From positions 57,066,264-57,130,263 of the forward strand of contig NC_057718.1 in the NCBI RefSeq assembly GCF_004010195.1: a DNA stretch of 64,000 nucleotides, written 5' to 3'. Below, piece by piece: positions 23,138-37,600 of the stretch. A program made the position numbers and the translations under genes. The notes beneath the pieces are model-generated. The model made no database searches and had not been told where the DNA came from. It saw nothing but the letters and a program-made list of their open reading frames with translations. Positions within the stretch are counted from its first letter, which is position 1. Every line of letters begins with the position of its first letter. Source of the DNA: Chiloscyllium plagiosum. Its lineage: Eukaryota.

Positions 23138-25237
23138 TAATATATATTACATTATTTTAATTTGATTACTAATATTAAAGCATACTCTCCTGTTTATTTT
23201 TCTCCTCATCCTAATGATAGTTTAGATAATAGGCAAATTTCTAAAATAAAAGATTGTATGAATGGAAATGCTGGAAGTATATAACTGCTCAAACAGTATC
23301 TTTAAGCAGGAAAGATTCTTCAGATAATAGCTGTTTTTTTCTCTTTATGGTTTTGTTTCAGAATGCTCTAATTTCAAGTATTTCATTTTATACTTCCACT
23401 AAAAATCCACTAACAGTAACTTCTTTTTGAAAATACAGTTTTTGAAATGATAAGGTGATTTGTTTATAGTATTTAACTATACATTCTGCAGTTCAATCTC
23501 ATAAACAAGTTAAATTGTTCATGGTGTAGTAATAGTTAAATAACATAACATAAAATACTTTCTAGTTAAATTGTGGTACATCTAAGAAATAGAAAATGCT
23601 CTAAATACTCAGCTGTTCAGGCAGCATCTGTGGAGGTCAATTCTTGATAAATTTATTTTGGATAGCCAGGGTAACTCTTCAAAGAGCTGAGGTACCTCTG
23701 TACTTATTGACCCAAGACACCTGGATACATGTAGTAATTCTTGATGGGTTGGGGGTTCTGGTACTCTGTGGAATTATTAATGTTTCAGGCTTGTGATGAT
23801 TCGCTAACAGCATTTTGTATTTATAGTTTCAGATTTCCCTCAAAGGCACTATTTTGCTTTTGTATTTGTTAAAACCTTTTTTTTTGTGCATTTATAAAGT
23901 AAGGACAATTTTTATATGTATGTTGAACATGTGTTCGTGGACATGACTATAAAAACACACAAATGTTCTTTTGATGTCGTGTTTGTTTTTAACTTGTTAA
24001 AAAGTATGCATAGATACTTCAGGGGAAAATTAATAATATTGTTATTCAGCTGTTAAGAATGGGGTCATATGGAGTCATAATAAAAAAATCCTGCCATTGT
24101 ATGACAAATCTTTTTGACAATTGTTGACAAGTAGAGGAGCCCTTTGTGACATTTCCTTGAGTTGCCTGGTAGCTAATAGTAACCTTGCAGTGATGTGATC
24201 AAAGTAAGGTCAAACATACGATTGAAATTTGTCCTTACTGACAATACTTGTTCAATAATTGTTTATGCTCTTCTCCAAAGTGCTCTTCTTCCCAAGTTGT
24301 TTTCTTGGCACAATGCACTTCAGTAGATATAGACTGTGCGTTTCTAGCAATTGTAATTAAAAAGAACATCCCAAGGCAAATCAAATGAAATTCCCTGTAA
24401 TGTAATTTGTTTTATTTCTTTATGAAATTATGTAGCCAGAACAAATTTATTGTATATGTTCAATTTCACATAGACCAAAACAGCCATAAACCTAAATGTT
24501 AATATGGCAAATGTTGTATAAAGGTACATCATGATTTTACTTTTTTATGCTATGCTCCAATCCAGAAAATTCTGGAATCCTGCTTTTCCACATTCAGCAA
24601 TTTACACACATTTATCTTCAGGCCTCTACTACTGCGCCACTTATAGAATCCTTTATTTTATATTGCTTATTCTTTCGATTAAAAGTTATGACTCCACTCT
24701 ACTTTGCTTAAAATTTTATTTGCCATGGGGAGAAGTGATATTATTGCTGGACTGTTAATCCAGAGACTCAGATAATGTTCTGGGGTCCTGGGTTCACATG
24801 CCACCATGGATCATGGAGTCTGCTTAAGTGAACTTGGCTGTCTAATCTCTTTTTTGTCTTTAAGTTTATCCCTTAACCATACCTGTCTGTCTGACGTTGT
24901 GTGTGTTGGGGGAGGGTAGAATCAAAGACGTTTTGGTTTAAATCATTGACATTAATCAGTTTACCTTGTCATTAAACCTTGCTCCACTCAAGCTACTGTC
25001 TTATTTATAAAATATAAATTTTTTAAAGCTACATAAACCTGGTGTCTGGAATTGATTATTCACAAAGTCTGGTACCAGTTATTTGTACAATTTGTACAAC
25101 TGGTTAGGAGCCATTAGGGTCAGTTTTAAGGTCATTTGAATGTTTTAATTTTAACAATGTTGTGAATACAGGAATAGGGAGGCTGGTTTGATTTGGCTTT
25201 CTGTCTTCCTGTCGTAACAATATTCTGTCAAAACTTA

Positions 25238-25620
25238 GAGTCAAAGAGTCGTGGAGATGTACAGCACGGAAACAGACCCTTCGGTCCAACTCGTCCATAC
25301 CGACCAGATTTCCCAACCCAATCTAGTCCCAGCTGCCAGCACCCGACCCCTTTCCCTCCAAACCCTTCCTATTCATATATCCATCCAGATGCCTTTTAAA
25401 TGTTGCAATTGTACTAGCCTCCACCACTTCCTCTGGCAGCTCATTCCATACACATATCATCCTCTGCGTGAAAAAGTTGGCCCTTAGGTCTCTTTTATAT
25501 CTTTCCCCTCTCACCCTAACCTATGCCCTCTAGTTCTGGACTCCCTCACCCCAGGGAAAAATACTTATTTATCCTATCCATGCCCCTCATAATTTTATAA
25601 ACCTCTATCAGGTCACTTAT
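25238..25620 (-). mobile_element. CR1 LINE 3' end
   Basis: ORF 25323..25514(-) RGERYKRDLRANFFTQRMICVWNELPEEVVEA. Confidence 0.85.
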
Positions 25621-25899
25621 CTGAGCCTTTACAGTAAAACTTTAATGAAGATTGTCATGTTTCAAAATTTGAGACTATTTAACATGAAAGAGATTTCTGA
25701 TTTCAGCTTTTAGATTTGTGATTTTATGATGGTTTCAAGATTTCAATTTTTTCATCAAGATACAACATCCATTTTTAGTATCTTGATAAGTAGGCATATT
25801 CCACTGAAAAAACATGACAATAGATATTTTTATGAACTTGCAAGCTAATAAGCCACCATTAAAATTCAGAGTTTTAATAAGTTTAATTGCGGTCTCTGA

Positions 25900-26776
25900 A
25901 GATGCAAAAATGCCATCCCGTATTCCCAATTCCTCCGCCTCCGCCGTATCTGCTCCCAAGAGGACCAGTTCCACCATAGAACACACCAGATGGCCTCCTT
26001 CTTTAGAGACAGCAGTTTCCCTTCCCACGTGGTTAAAGATGCCCTCCAACGCATCTCATCCACATCCCGCACCTCCGCCCTCAGACCCAACCCCACCAAC
26101 CGCAACAAGGACAGAACGCCCCTGGTGCCCACCTTCCACCCTACCAACCTCCGCATAAACCAAATCATCCGCCGACATTCCCCCCACCCCCAAACAGACC
26201 CCACCACCAGGGATATATTTCCCTCCCCACCCCTCTCCGCCTCCAAACAGACCCCACCACCAGGGATATATTTCCCTCCCCACCCCTCTCCGCCTCCAAA
26301 CAGACCCCACCACCAGGGATATATTTCCCTCCCCACCCCTCTCCGCCTCCAAACAGACCCCACCACCAGGGATATATTTCCCTCCCCACCCCTCTCCGCC
26401 TCCAAACAGACCCCACCACCAGGGATATATTTCCCTCCCCACCCCTCTCCGCCTCCAAACAGACCCCACCACCAGGGATATATTTCCCTCCCCACCCCTC
26501 TCCGCCTTCCGCAAAGACCGCTCCCTCCGTGACTACCTGGTCAGGTCCACGCCCCCCTACGACCCACCCTCCCATCCTGGCACTTTCCCCTGCCACCGCA
26601 GGAACTGTAAAACCAGCGCCCACACCTCCTCCCTCACCTCCATCCAAGGACCTAAAGGAGCCTTCCACATCCATCAAAATTTTACCTGCACATCCACTAA
26701 TATCATCTATTGTATCCGTTGCTCCCGATGCGGCCTCCTCTACATTGGGGAGACTGGGCACCTCCTAGCAGAGCGC
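25900..26776 (+). mobile_element. Penelope-like element fragment (family A-like), RT C-terminus to GIY-YIG
   Basis: CKNAIPYSQFLRLRRICS, RTPLVPTFHP and FTCTSTNIIYCIRCSRCGLLYIGETG. Runs into an N gap at 26777-26794. Confidence 0.85.
26190..26507. repeat. Six tandem copies of a 53-bp unit
   Basis: CCAAACAGACCCCACCACCAGGGATATATTTCCCTCCCCACCCCTCTCCGCCT repeated with period 53. Confidence 0.92.
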
Positions 26777-29700
26777 NNNNNNNNNNNNNNNNNNTGCTCT
26801 TCCAGCACCACTGATCCAGAAACAGGAGGTTGGAGACTGGGCAGTGGACCTGCTGTGCGTGGGTGAAGTGCCCAAGCCAGTAGCACTTGTGGATTTCCAT
26901 CCTTCCCCTAATTCCATTTCCCAAATCTTTGCCCACTCACTTAACCCATCTATATTCCTCTTTAATATCTGAAAGTGCTCTTCATAACTTACCCTCCTAT
27001 CTATTTTTGCATCATCAGTAAATTCAGCAACCATATCTTCAGGCCTTTCATCAAGTAATTTATTTAAGTAATAAAACATTTGAAGTTCCAGCACTGAGCC
27101 CTGCTGCATCATTCTTAGCATCAAAAGGTAACAAGAAAATTACTAGATACCAATAAATCATCAAAAGTTGTGAGTCGTGGCCCAAAATCCCTAATCAGGG
27201 TCAGAAATTTTATTTCTGATGTTGATCAGATTAAACAAAAAACTCTTACATTTTGATAATTTCTGGACTGGAGATTTCTAAATAAAGGCCTTCTATTACA
27301 ACCTGTCCAAGTATTCCCAAATCCAGCACAGGAGATAAATCGCATAAAATCACACATGCTTTTACAGCACTGAGTGCCCATATTCGTAGAATTTAAATGC
27401 CCAGCAGACACTTTGAATGCTACTGTAAAAAGGCAAGTATGTAAGTTAAGTGAGGGTTAGGGTTGGAGGTGGGTGGGAGAGGCTAAGGTGCAGGAGGGTA
27501 AGAGGATAGGGTGCTAAATTGAAAGGAGGCTTTAGAGACTAAATGGACAAGGTGCCTGTGATCCAAATTAAATGGATGGGTATGAAGTTTGACTGGGAGT
27601 GTTAGGTCAGATTTGGGAGTGGCTTTTTGGTTTGGAGTTTGTGGAGTGTCAGGTCCTATGATGTTGAATCAGAGGGGTGGATCCTGCCAGGTCAGGGAGA
27701 GCAGGAGGTTTGGGTGATCAGTGTAAAGCGATATAGTAGTGTCGGGTTGAGGCTGGTGAGTGTCAGAGATCGAGGAATGTCAAGAATTGGTGGGGAATTT
27801 AGTTGTGGGGTGTCAGTGGTAAGTCAATGGTTTAATTTAATTTGCCATGAATTAGAGCACATTTATAATTATTTAACTTTTCTTGAGTGATATTAAGTTT
27901 AAGAAAGACAGAATACTCTGTCTTGTTTTTGAGGTCCAGACTGACCTCAAAATTGGAGTGTTGCATTTGTTGGGGTTAGAAGTTGGGGTTAGAAACCAGG
28001 CAAAAATTGAGGGGACTGCAAGATTTCAAGGTGGATTAGGCAGAAAGTCTACCTGCGGACTCCAACACTATATCCAAAAATTACATAAAAAGAATAAAAC
28101 AGAAAAAAATTCTTCTGCACTCTGCACTACATCCCCATTGCCTCCAAACAGGCCCCATATTGATCAATGCCAACTTAATGCTTTCTATCCATTTTCATAA
28201 TGCTTAATATCCTTGCTACCCGTCTACCCATTTTCTATGGCAACTCAAACCACCTACATCATCCTATCCTCCTCTACTCATCCCACAAACTGCCTCATAT
28301 CCCCTATTCTAACTTACTGTCTACTCAAGCCAATGCATGTTTTTTCCTACTATCCTTTCCCCTTCACCATGGCAAATCAGCCAGCATCCATTTGTACCAG
28401 TGCACACAAAAGAAAAAAAAAGTTCTATATATTAAAATTCCATAATGCAGACTACATTGAGAAAAATATTTCTCATTTATAAAATTTACTTTTTTACTTC
28501 TTCTCACTCAGTTCTCATACTTCTCAACAGCCCTTGACACATCTAACAGGCGTTTACACACATTTTACAGTACAATCTTCTCTACTATTAATAATCCATT
28601 AGACACCAAATGTCCTCCCCCACAAAGTTACCCAACCCTTTAAGTGTACCTTAATTCCCCAGAAAGAGTACCCTGTCACTGCAAAGTATACCAGACACCT
28701 TCTGCAAAGTTGTCTCAGGACCACATCCATAGGGGTCTTTATTTGGCTATCCAATCAAACCCACAAAATTTAGACATGCTCTTCACAGCTCTATGTGCAC
28801 GTTCCAGGTTCCCTGCCATAGTATTGCTAAAATCCTAATTCAGTGGTCAGCTGCCGCCATAAAACTTGCATACAAATGTATGAAATAGGGGCAGAAGGAG
28901 ATAATTTAAGCCTTCTCAACTTAAGTCTTCTCCAAAGTTTAATAAGATCATGGCTGATTTGTTTGTGTTTTGAATTTCAAATTACCATATTACTCCAACA
29001 GCCTGAAATGCTTGTTAGATAAAGGAATAAATCTATCTCTGCCTTAAAAACAATAGTAAATAATCTTTTCTCCACTGCTTTGAGGCTGAGAGTTCTAAAT
29101 TGACACGACCTTTTGACAGAAAAACTTCTCCTTAACTCTGCCCTAAAAGAGAGGTGCCTAATTTTAAAATATGACTCCTCATTCTGAACTTACCCACAAG
29201 TCTCATAATCCCTACATCCATTTTGTCAAGGCCAGTCAGGATATATTACACTTCAATGAGTCACCTCTTCTTCATCACAACATACTTTCTTACCTGTTTT
29301 GGTATCGTCAGAAAACTTTGCCACCATGCCTTCCCTTCCCTCATCTAAGTATTGAGATAAATTTTAAGAAGTTGAGGCCCAGCAAGGACTTCCATTCATT
29401 ACATCTTGTCAATCAGACAATGACCAGTTTTATAACCCGTCTGCTTGGCCAGCAGAAAACAATCTTCTATCCACATGAGTCATAAACCCAACCATATGCT
29501 TTACATGCGCAATTCCCAGCCTGATTCCATCGCTGTCGCCAAGAAAATGTGAAATGTCATATTCAGGAGCAGAACTTCTGATTTCAGGCTACTTCGAATC
29601 ATACTTCCTCACCACAATAATAAAAATTCAACCTAAATGTCAATAATGCAGAGTTATCTGTATTGCTAGAAAATTGAAATCATCAGCTACTTGTGATGTT

Positions 29701-30165
29701 GCAATATGGAAAAAGAACTGAACTGCTTTGACACTTATTTCATAGTCTTTCAAAAATGACAGCTACCATTAAAAAGGCAGATTAAGTTATATGCAGGTTA
29801 ATAATAAATGAATAAACTTTTTTCAAGCAAATACCACCTTCTTAGTGAACACAGCTATTACTGTGAACCTACTAAAGCCATAAATAACTGAATGGTGCAA
29901 TTATCCTTGTGTCCAATGGTTTCCCTCTTTCTTTTGATGTGTACCAATGTCAAGTATTGATTGATTGACCGCTTCTTGGCCAGTGTGATGAAGAGCTTAT
30001 GCTCAAAATGTCGATTCTCCTGTTCCTCAGGTGCTGACTGAGCAGCTGTGCTTTTCCAGCATGACACTTTTTGACAGTGTGCTGTTAAACTTAACATTTT
30101 CAAAGTAGATGCCTTCAAAACAATTTCAATTGAGATTATTGGCGTGGATTGCCCTAGTTTCACAT

Positions 30166-30256
30166 CGCTGAAAATGTGTTGCTGGAAAAGCGCAGCAGGT
30201 CAGGCAGCATCGAGGGAACAGGAGAATCGACGTTTCGGGCATAAGCCCTTCTTCAG
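30166..30256 (-). mobile_element. Single-arm family A mini insertion with intact hammerhead core at 30229-30256(-)
   Basis: Flanked by TTCACAT at 30159-30165 and 30257-30263. The minus strand begins CTGAAGAAGGGCTTATGCCCGAAACGTC. Confidence 0.8.
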
Positions 30257-30559
30257 TTCACATGTCAAATATTGACACTGGTTTGAATCATCTAAAAGAA
30301 TAATCATTTGCACTCTGAATTAAAACTCTTAAATCTGGTTTCCAGCATCTGCAGTTATTGTTTTTACCTCCAACCTCCAGTGTCTAACAATTGCTCTATC
30401 CTGGCTCCTGACCTGCATACATCAGCTCCGCCCTAACTCATACATAGTGACCCTGCCCTGTCCCAAGTACAGCAGCCATCCTTGGACCAGAGGACCACAG
30501 CTCCATTCCCTACTGAAACACAGGACCCTCGTACCCCAGATATTGGACCCTCTATCCAG

Positions 30560-31320
30560 GGTCTTAAATGGAGTAAATCTGGAAAAATGTGAACTTGCAA
30601 AGAAGAATATAAAAGAAACATTTTATGTAAATGGCGAGAAATTGCAGAGCTCTGAGATGTAGAGGAATCTGGGTGGCCTAGTGCACAAATTGCAAAAGGT
30701 CTGCAGATACAGCAAGTAATTAAGATAGAAAATAATGTGTCACTGTGAGGGGAATTGAATACAAAAATAGGGAGGTTATGCTTCAGATACGTAGGGCATT
30801 GATGAGATCAAATCTGAAATACTGTGTACAGTGTTGGCTTTTTTAGTTAAGGATGTAAATACTTTGGAATCAGTTCAGAGGAAGTTAGCTAGCATGTACC
30901 ATCAGCAAATGATGTAGCATTTTCTAATTGTGGAATGGATAGGTTGTCTAATGAGGAAAGGTTGTTCAGGCTAGGTTTGTATTTGCTGGAGTTTAAAATA
31001 GTATGAGGCAGCTTTGTTGAAACAGATAAGATCCTGAGAGGTCTTGATAAGGTGGTGTGGAAAGGATGTGTTCTCTTGTGGGAAAGTCTAGAACTGTGCA
31101 TCACTGTTTCAAAATAAGGGGTTTCCAATTAAAACTGAGAAAATGATCATTTTCTTTCTCACAGGGGGTCATGAATCTTTGGAATGCTCTTCCTCAAAAT
31201 GTGACGGAAGATAGTATTTTAATATGTTTAAGGCTGAGGTGGATAGATTTTTGATTATTAAGGAGGTGAAAGTTTAATTGGGATAGATGGAAATGAGGAG
31301 TAATCACATCAGCCTTGGGT
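30560..31320 (+). mobile_element. Old CR1 LINE 3' ORF2 fragment
   Basis: Degenerate NLEKCE, RGIEYKNREVMLQ and LEYCVQ-like motifs, and a WNALP-like end. Confidence 0.7.
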
Positions 31321-32111
31321 TAATGGGTATAAAGGATACGTTCACTTTTTATTGGTATCCAATTTCTTTTGCCAAAATGTAAGAATTAAACAACTTTGCA
31401 AGTTTTGTGCTGTGGAATTTCCATTAAATTTACAATAAAAATACTTGTATGTCTTGTTGAAAATGGTATTTTCTTAAAAATCAGTTTTAAATGATCAAAT
31501 GAAAGATGCTGCACAGTGTCAATCTTCCAGCGACAATCTATAATTCAAGTCCATTTCACACAATTAGAATATGCTACGTCATTTGCTGGAAAATTAATGG
31601 CATGCTAACTGCCATTGCTTTTTTAAATGTGTGCATCAGCTGGTAAACTTAGGGGTCTATAAGACAGTTCATGAGTGTGAATCTCCAGAACTTCTGATGG
31701 TTATGTGCTGATCTGTTTTTTGATACTTGATGCTGGCCTGTAGGCTCTCCCGCCTGACAATTGGTGAACATTCTTGAGCCACCTAAAATGTTTAGATTTC
31801 ACTCAGGCATGTTTTGGAATTTCTTGGTGAGCGCATCTGCCTTTCAAGTTCTGTTCCCGTGATACCTGTCTTAAAATCCACTTATTTATTCAAGATTTAA
31901 TCTCGCCTTTTAACACTTCTTTGGTTTTAGCTTGACATAAATCTATTTCTAATAGCACATCATGCAATATCTTTGAATATTTTTCTGTGTTAAAAGACAA
32001 TGCAACAGATCCTGGTGAAAAAATAATTGATCTGCAAGTTCAGATGGCTAAGGGACATACCATGAGTTTATGAATCTCTAGAATTGGCTGATTGACTTCC
32101 ATCACTTCACT

Positions 32112-32235
32112 TCTTCAGGCTCATGCCCGAAATGTCGATTCTCCTGCTCCTTGGATGCTGCCTGACCTGCTGTGCTTTTCCAGCAACACATTTTCAGCTC
32201 TGATCTCCAGCATCTGCAGTCCTCACTTTCTCCTC
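32112..32235 (+). mobile_element. Family A mini insertion, perfect 16-bp TSD, hammerhead core truncated
   Basis: TSD CTTCCATCACTTCACT at 32096-32111 and 32236-32251. Confidence 0.88.
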
Positions 32236-32999
32236 CTTCCATCACTTCACTATTTGCTTTGCACAAGTGACACCTCACCCTTGACCTCCCTATTATTTTT
32301 AAGAAGTTTCTGGATTTGTACAATAATTTCCTATTAAAGAAGTACATTATTTTGTCCTGAACAATATCAAGTTGCTGCTGTTCTCTTAGCCTAACTCTCA
32401 TGCTTACATATGCAGAGTCTTGCATTACACTGCTGACATGTGTTCTTCACCTGGCGAGAGATGAGTTGAAATTGTGTCTGGTTAATTGCTAGCCTCCAAC
32501 TTAGAAGTGCAGGCCTCCATTTTAAAGGGCGTCACAAAGTTAGTCTCTCGATACTGATGAAACCTAAAGTACTGATGGTGCCTGATTCAGCCACAGGGAT
32601 GCAAATGAATGACAAAGTTAGGTATTGGCATTTTGTCTTGTTGGGATTAAGCATCTCTTGGAGAAGCGATGCTTATGTAAATGGACACTTACCTGGTCAG
32701 GAACTCCCCAAGCACTTAATGCTGTGAGGTTAACAAATTTGCTTAGGTGAACTGCCTCTGTATTCATGATGATAAAGTTCTATGTAGATCACACCATTAA
32801 CACCTGGACCTATTCCCAAGGAGGTCTCCCTCTTTTTATTTTGGTGGCATCTCTATCTGAGGTGACAGGCTGCCCTTTGTCATCTCATTATCTGATAAGG
32901 TGGCTCCTTTGGCAGCATCTGGACCCTCCGTTTGAATATCTCTCTGCTCTGTCATATTGTGCATCAAGTTACCACCATGCTCAAAACTCTTTCTACTGA

Positions 33000-33180
33000 G
33001 TTCTAGAGTGTTGCTCACTGCATTTTCAACACCAATACTGACTTGATATCGGTCCTTGTCTGTAAGTGGCTAATGTTGTAGTGACGTTGCAACTTTTTTG
33101 CTGGTTGCCACAAGGAAGTAAACAGCCCCTTTCTTAATGGGTATCCTTTATCCCAATAGCCAGCCATTTTTCTGAGGCTG
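33000..33180 (-). mobile_element. PIF/Harbinger (HARBI1-like) transposase remnant
   Basis: DKGYPLRKGLFTSLWQP...QRHYNISHLQTRTDI...LKM resembles the Harbinger motif GDxGYPL...YNxxHxxTRxxIExxxGxLK. Confidence 0.65.
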
Positions 33181-34601
33181 AGGCAGCAAGAGCTAGTGTA
33201 GGTCTCACCAACCAAAGAGTACATCATTGAGGAAGTTGGTTGCATAGAAATTGAGGGCCATGGTGACTTTGAGTGCAACAGGTGGAGTATGGAGATCAGT
33301 TAATCAAGGTGCAATGTCTTCCTCCACCGATTCTAATATCTCTAATTATTTCTATTTTACCTCACAACCTTCATTTTCACTTTCTGTCCGTCATGGTTGA
33401 AGCAACTTTTTTGGCAAAGGTACACCCGTCATTCAGGGTAATATCTCCTCTTTCTCTTCCTGACTGCGTGCTTTGATTCTTCTGCCAGGGTATACTGGCT
33501 TTGGTCACATAATGATTCTGCTGCCCTTCCTCTTTTGCCCATATGTGGGAGACTTCAGCACCTGTAGTTTTTTTAAACTTCCTTCCTTTGAAACATTCTT
33601 CTTCCAGTGAGCCTGACAGCATATCCTGCCAATGCACCAAAGAATCCTAGAAAGTTCACATAGATCTGACTTCTTCTTTCACACTTCTCAGATTTTTAGG
33701 TTGGTGGTCTCTGCAGACAATTTAACTTAAGCCTTCAGGAGCAGTTGTGTCTCCATCATAAACTTCTGGATCCTACATTGCAGATTAAGGCTATCGGAAG
33801 AGCAAATGTTGGGTTTGTTTGCATAGACTAATTTCAAAAATAGGTACTGTAGATTAGTATTTTGTGACTGCGCCATTTCTTTCTTGCCCTGTCTCTGTCT
33901 CCCACCTGGTATCTGCTGGAAATGGACTTGGGGTTTCCTCATTCAAGTCACGCCAAACCATTTTTGAATGTCTGCTGAGTTATCCTGATTCAATGAAGAT
34001 CTGCACCATTAAGTTTTTTTAAAGAAATGTCTTTAATTTCTCTCTAAAAATAAAGATGTTTGAATATTTATTTCAGTTGACTGATATTCGTGGTACTTCG
34101 CTGCTGTGTATTGTAATTGTTTTGTAATTTACTATATCTTTCCATTCTAATATTCTTAATTCACCAATTGTTATGTAATAATTACCAACCTAGGTCTATT
34201 TATATTGTACAACTACCTTCACTGGATTCATGTTCCAGCTATCTTTGTTCTAGTTTAGATGGCAATCCTAGGCCCTTCTGTGTTATGATCAACTAAATTG
34301 TTTGGTATAATGTGTATTTTGAAGGCATAGGAATCAGGTTGTCTTCTCACAGTAAATTTATAATTTCCTTATAATTCATATAGAAATGGGAACTACTTAT
34401 TATGAGAATATGCATCCATGGTGGTATGTTTACTAATAGTCTTGTGCCTTAAGCAACAGATCAATTGTGTCCACTAGTCACATGGAGACCTTTAAGGAAT
34501 ACCAGCGATGAGAAATTTCTGCTGTTTGATGGAGTTCTGAATTTTGAATAATGGAATTCTAAACTTTAATTTTGTTTTGACCGTTGTCTCCCTTGAATAT
34601 G

Positions 34602-37600
34602 GAACATAAAAAAATAGAACAATACAGCGCAGAACAGGCCCTTTGGCTCTCGATGTTGCGCCGACCCGTGAACTATTCTCAGCTCATCCCCCTACGCTAT
34701 CCTCTCATCATCCATGTGCTTATCTAAGGATTGTTTAAACTTCCCTCATGTGGCTGAGTTGACTACATTAGCAGGAAGGGCATTCCACGCCCTTACCACT
34801 CTCTGCGTAAAGAACCTGCCTCTGATGTCTGTCTTAAATCTATCACACCTCAATTTGTAGTTATGCCCACTCGTACAAGCTGACATTATCATCCTAGGAA
34901 AAAGACTTTCACTGTCTACCCTATCTAATCCTCTGGTCATCTTGTATGCCTCTATCAAATCCACTCTTAGCCCTCTTCTTTCCAATGAGAACAGACTAAG
35001 TCTCTCAGCCTTTCCTCATAAGACCTTCCCTCCAGACTAGGCAACATCCTGGTAAATCTCCTCTGCACCTTTTCCAATGCTTCCACATCCTTCCCGAAAA
35101 ATGGCGACTAGGACTGTACACAATATTCCAAGTATGGCCGCACTAGTGTTTTGTATAGTTGCAGCATGATATTGCTGCTCCAGAACGCAATCCCTCTATG
35201 AGTGAACACTGTATGCCTTCTTAACAGCACTATCAACCTGGGTGGCAACTTTCATGGATCTACGTACATGGACTCTAAGATTCCTCTGCACATCCACGCT
35301 ACCAAGAATCTTTCCATTGACCCAGTGCTCTTCCTTCCTGTTATTCTTCCCAAAGCGCATCACCTCACATTTAGCTGCGTTGAACTTCATTTGCCACCTC
35401 AGCCCAATTCCGCAGTTTATCCAAGTCCCCCTGCAACCTGTAACATTCTTCCAAATTGTCCACTAATCCACCAACTTTTGAGGTCTGTAAATTTACTAAT
35501 CCATCCACCTATGCCTGTGTCTAGTCGTTTATAAAAATGACAAACAGCAGTGGTCCCAAAACAGATTCTTGTGGCACAGCACTAGTAACTGGACTCAAGG
35601 CTGAATATTTTCCATCAACCACCATTTGCTGCCTTCTTTCAGAAAGCCAGTTTCTAATCCAAACTACTAAATCACCCTCAATTCCATGCCTCTGCACTTT
35701 CTCCAACAGCCAACCATGTGTAACCTGATCAAAGGCTTTACTGAAGTCCATGTATACCACGTCAACTGCCCTACCCTCATCTACATGCTTGGTCACCTTC
35801 TCAAAAAACTCAATGAGGCTTGTGAGACACGACCTGCCCTTGATGAAACCATGTTGACTATCTGAAATCAAATTGTTGCTTGCTAGATGATTAGAAATCT
35901 TATCTTTTACAATCCTTTCCAAAACCTTTCCTACAACAGAAGTAAGGCTCACTGGTCTATAATTACCTGGGTCATCTCTACTGCCCTTCTTTTTCTTCTT
36001 AGATTCTTAGATTCCCTACAGTGTGGAAACAGGCCCTTCAACCCAACAAGTCCACATTGACCCTCCGAAGAGCAACCCACCCAGACCCATTCCCTTAAAT
36101 TTACCCCTGCACCTAACACTATGGGCAATTTAGCATGGTCAATTCACCTAACATGCACAGCTTTGGATTGTGGGAGGAAACCGGAGCACCCAGAGGAAAC
36201 CCACGCCCTCCGAAGAGCAACCCACCCAGACCCATTCCCTTAAATTTACCCCTGCACCTAACACTATGGGCAATTTAGCATGGTCAATTCACCTAACAAT
36301 CCTTTGGATTGTGGGAGGAAACCCGAGCACCCAGAGGAAACCCACGCAGACACTGGGAGAACATGCAAACTCTACACAGACAGCTGCCCGAGGCGAGAAT
36401 TGAACCTGGGTCCCTGGCGCTGTGAGGCAGCAGTGCTAACCACTGAGCTTGAACAAGGGAACAACATTTGCAATCCTCCAGTCCTCTGGTACTAAACCTG
36501 TTGACAATGATGACTTAAATATCCAAACCAAAGGCTCTGCTATCTCCTCCCTAGCTTCCCAGAGAATCCTTAGATAAATCCCATCTGACCCAGGGGACTT
36601 GTCTACTTAACTCCTTCTAGAATTGAAAACACCTGATCGTAAGTAACCTCAATCCTTTCTAATCTAATATCTCATACCTCCTTCCTCTCCTCTACAATAT
36701 TCTCCTTTTCCTGAGTGAAAACCGATGAGAAATGTTTGCTTAGCACCTTTCCGATCTCCACAGGGTCCACTTTCAACTTCCCACTTCTGCCTTTGATGGC
36801 CCTATTCCTACCTTAGTCATCTTTTTATTCCTCACATACCTATAGAAAGCTTTAGGGTTCTCCTTTATTCTGTTCGCTAAAGACTGCTCGCGTCCTCTCT
36901 TTGCTTCTCTTAACTCTCACTTAAAATTCTTCCCAGCTGATCTGTAACTCTCCATTGCCTCATCAACATATAAGCCTCCTTTTTCTGCTTAACAAGAAAT
37001 GCAATTTCTTAGTAAACCACGGTTCCCTTACCTTATCACTTCCTCCCTGCTTGACAGAGACATACCTATCAAGGACACGCAATATCTGTTCCTTAAACCA
37101 GCTCCACATTTCCATTGTCTGCATCCCCTGCATTTTGCTACCCCATTCTTTGCTTCCTAATTCTTGCCTAATCACATTATAATTGCCCTTGCCCCATCGA
37201 TAACCTGTGGCATGTACCTATCTCTTTCCACCGCTAAACTAAACATAACTGAATTATGGTTACTCTCTCCAAAGTGATCACCTACAACTAAATGGAACAC
37301 CTGGCCTGGTTCATTGCCAAGCACCAGATCCAGGGTGGCCTCTCCTCTTGTTGGCCCTTCGACATACTGTCAGGAAATCCTCCTGTACACATTGGACAAA
37401 AACTGATCCATCTGACGTACTGGATTTATGGCATTTCCAGTCAATGTTGGGGAAGTTAAAGTCCCCCAAAATGACCACCCTATTTCTTTCACTCCTACCC
37501 AGAATAATTTTGCCAATCCTCTCTTCCACCTCCCTGGAACTCTGTGGAGGTCTATAGAAAACTCCAAGCAGTGTGACCTCTCCTCTCCTGTTTCTAACCT

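Noticed and set aside
25866..26761. Long Pro-rich and Gly-rich ORFs on both strands
   Set aside because: They are translations of the 53-bp tandem array within a PLE fragment.
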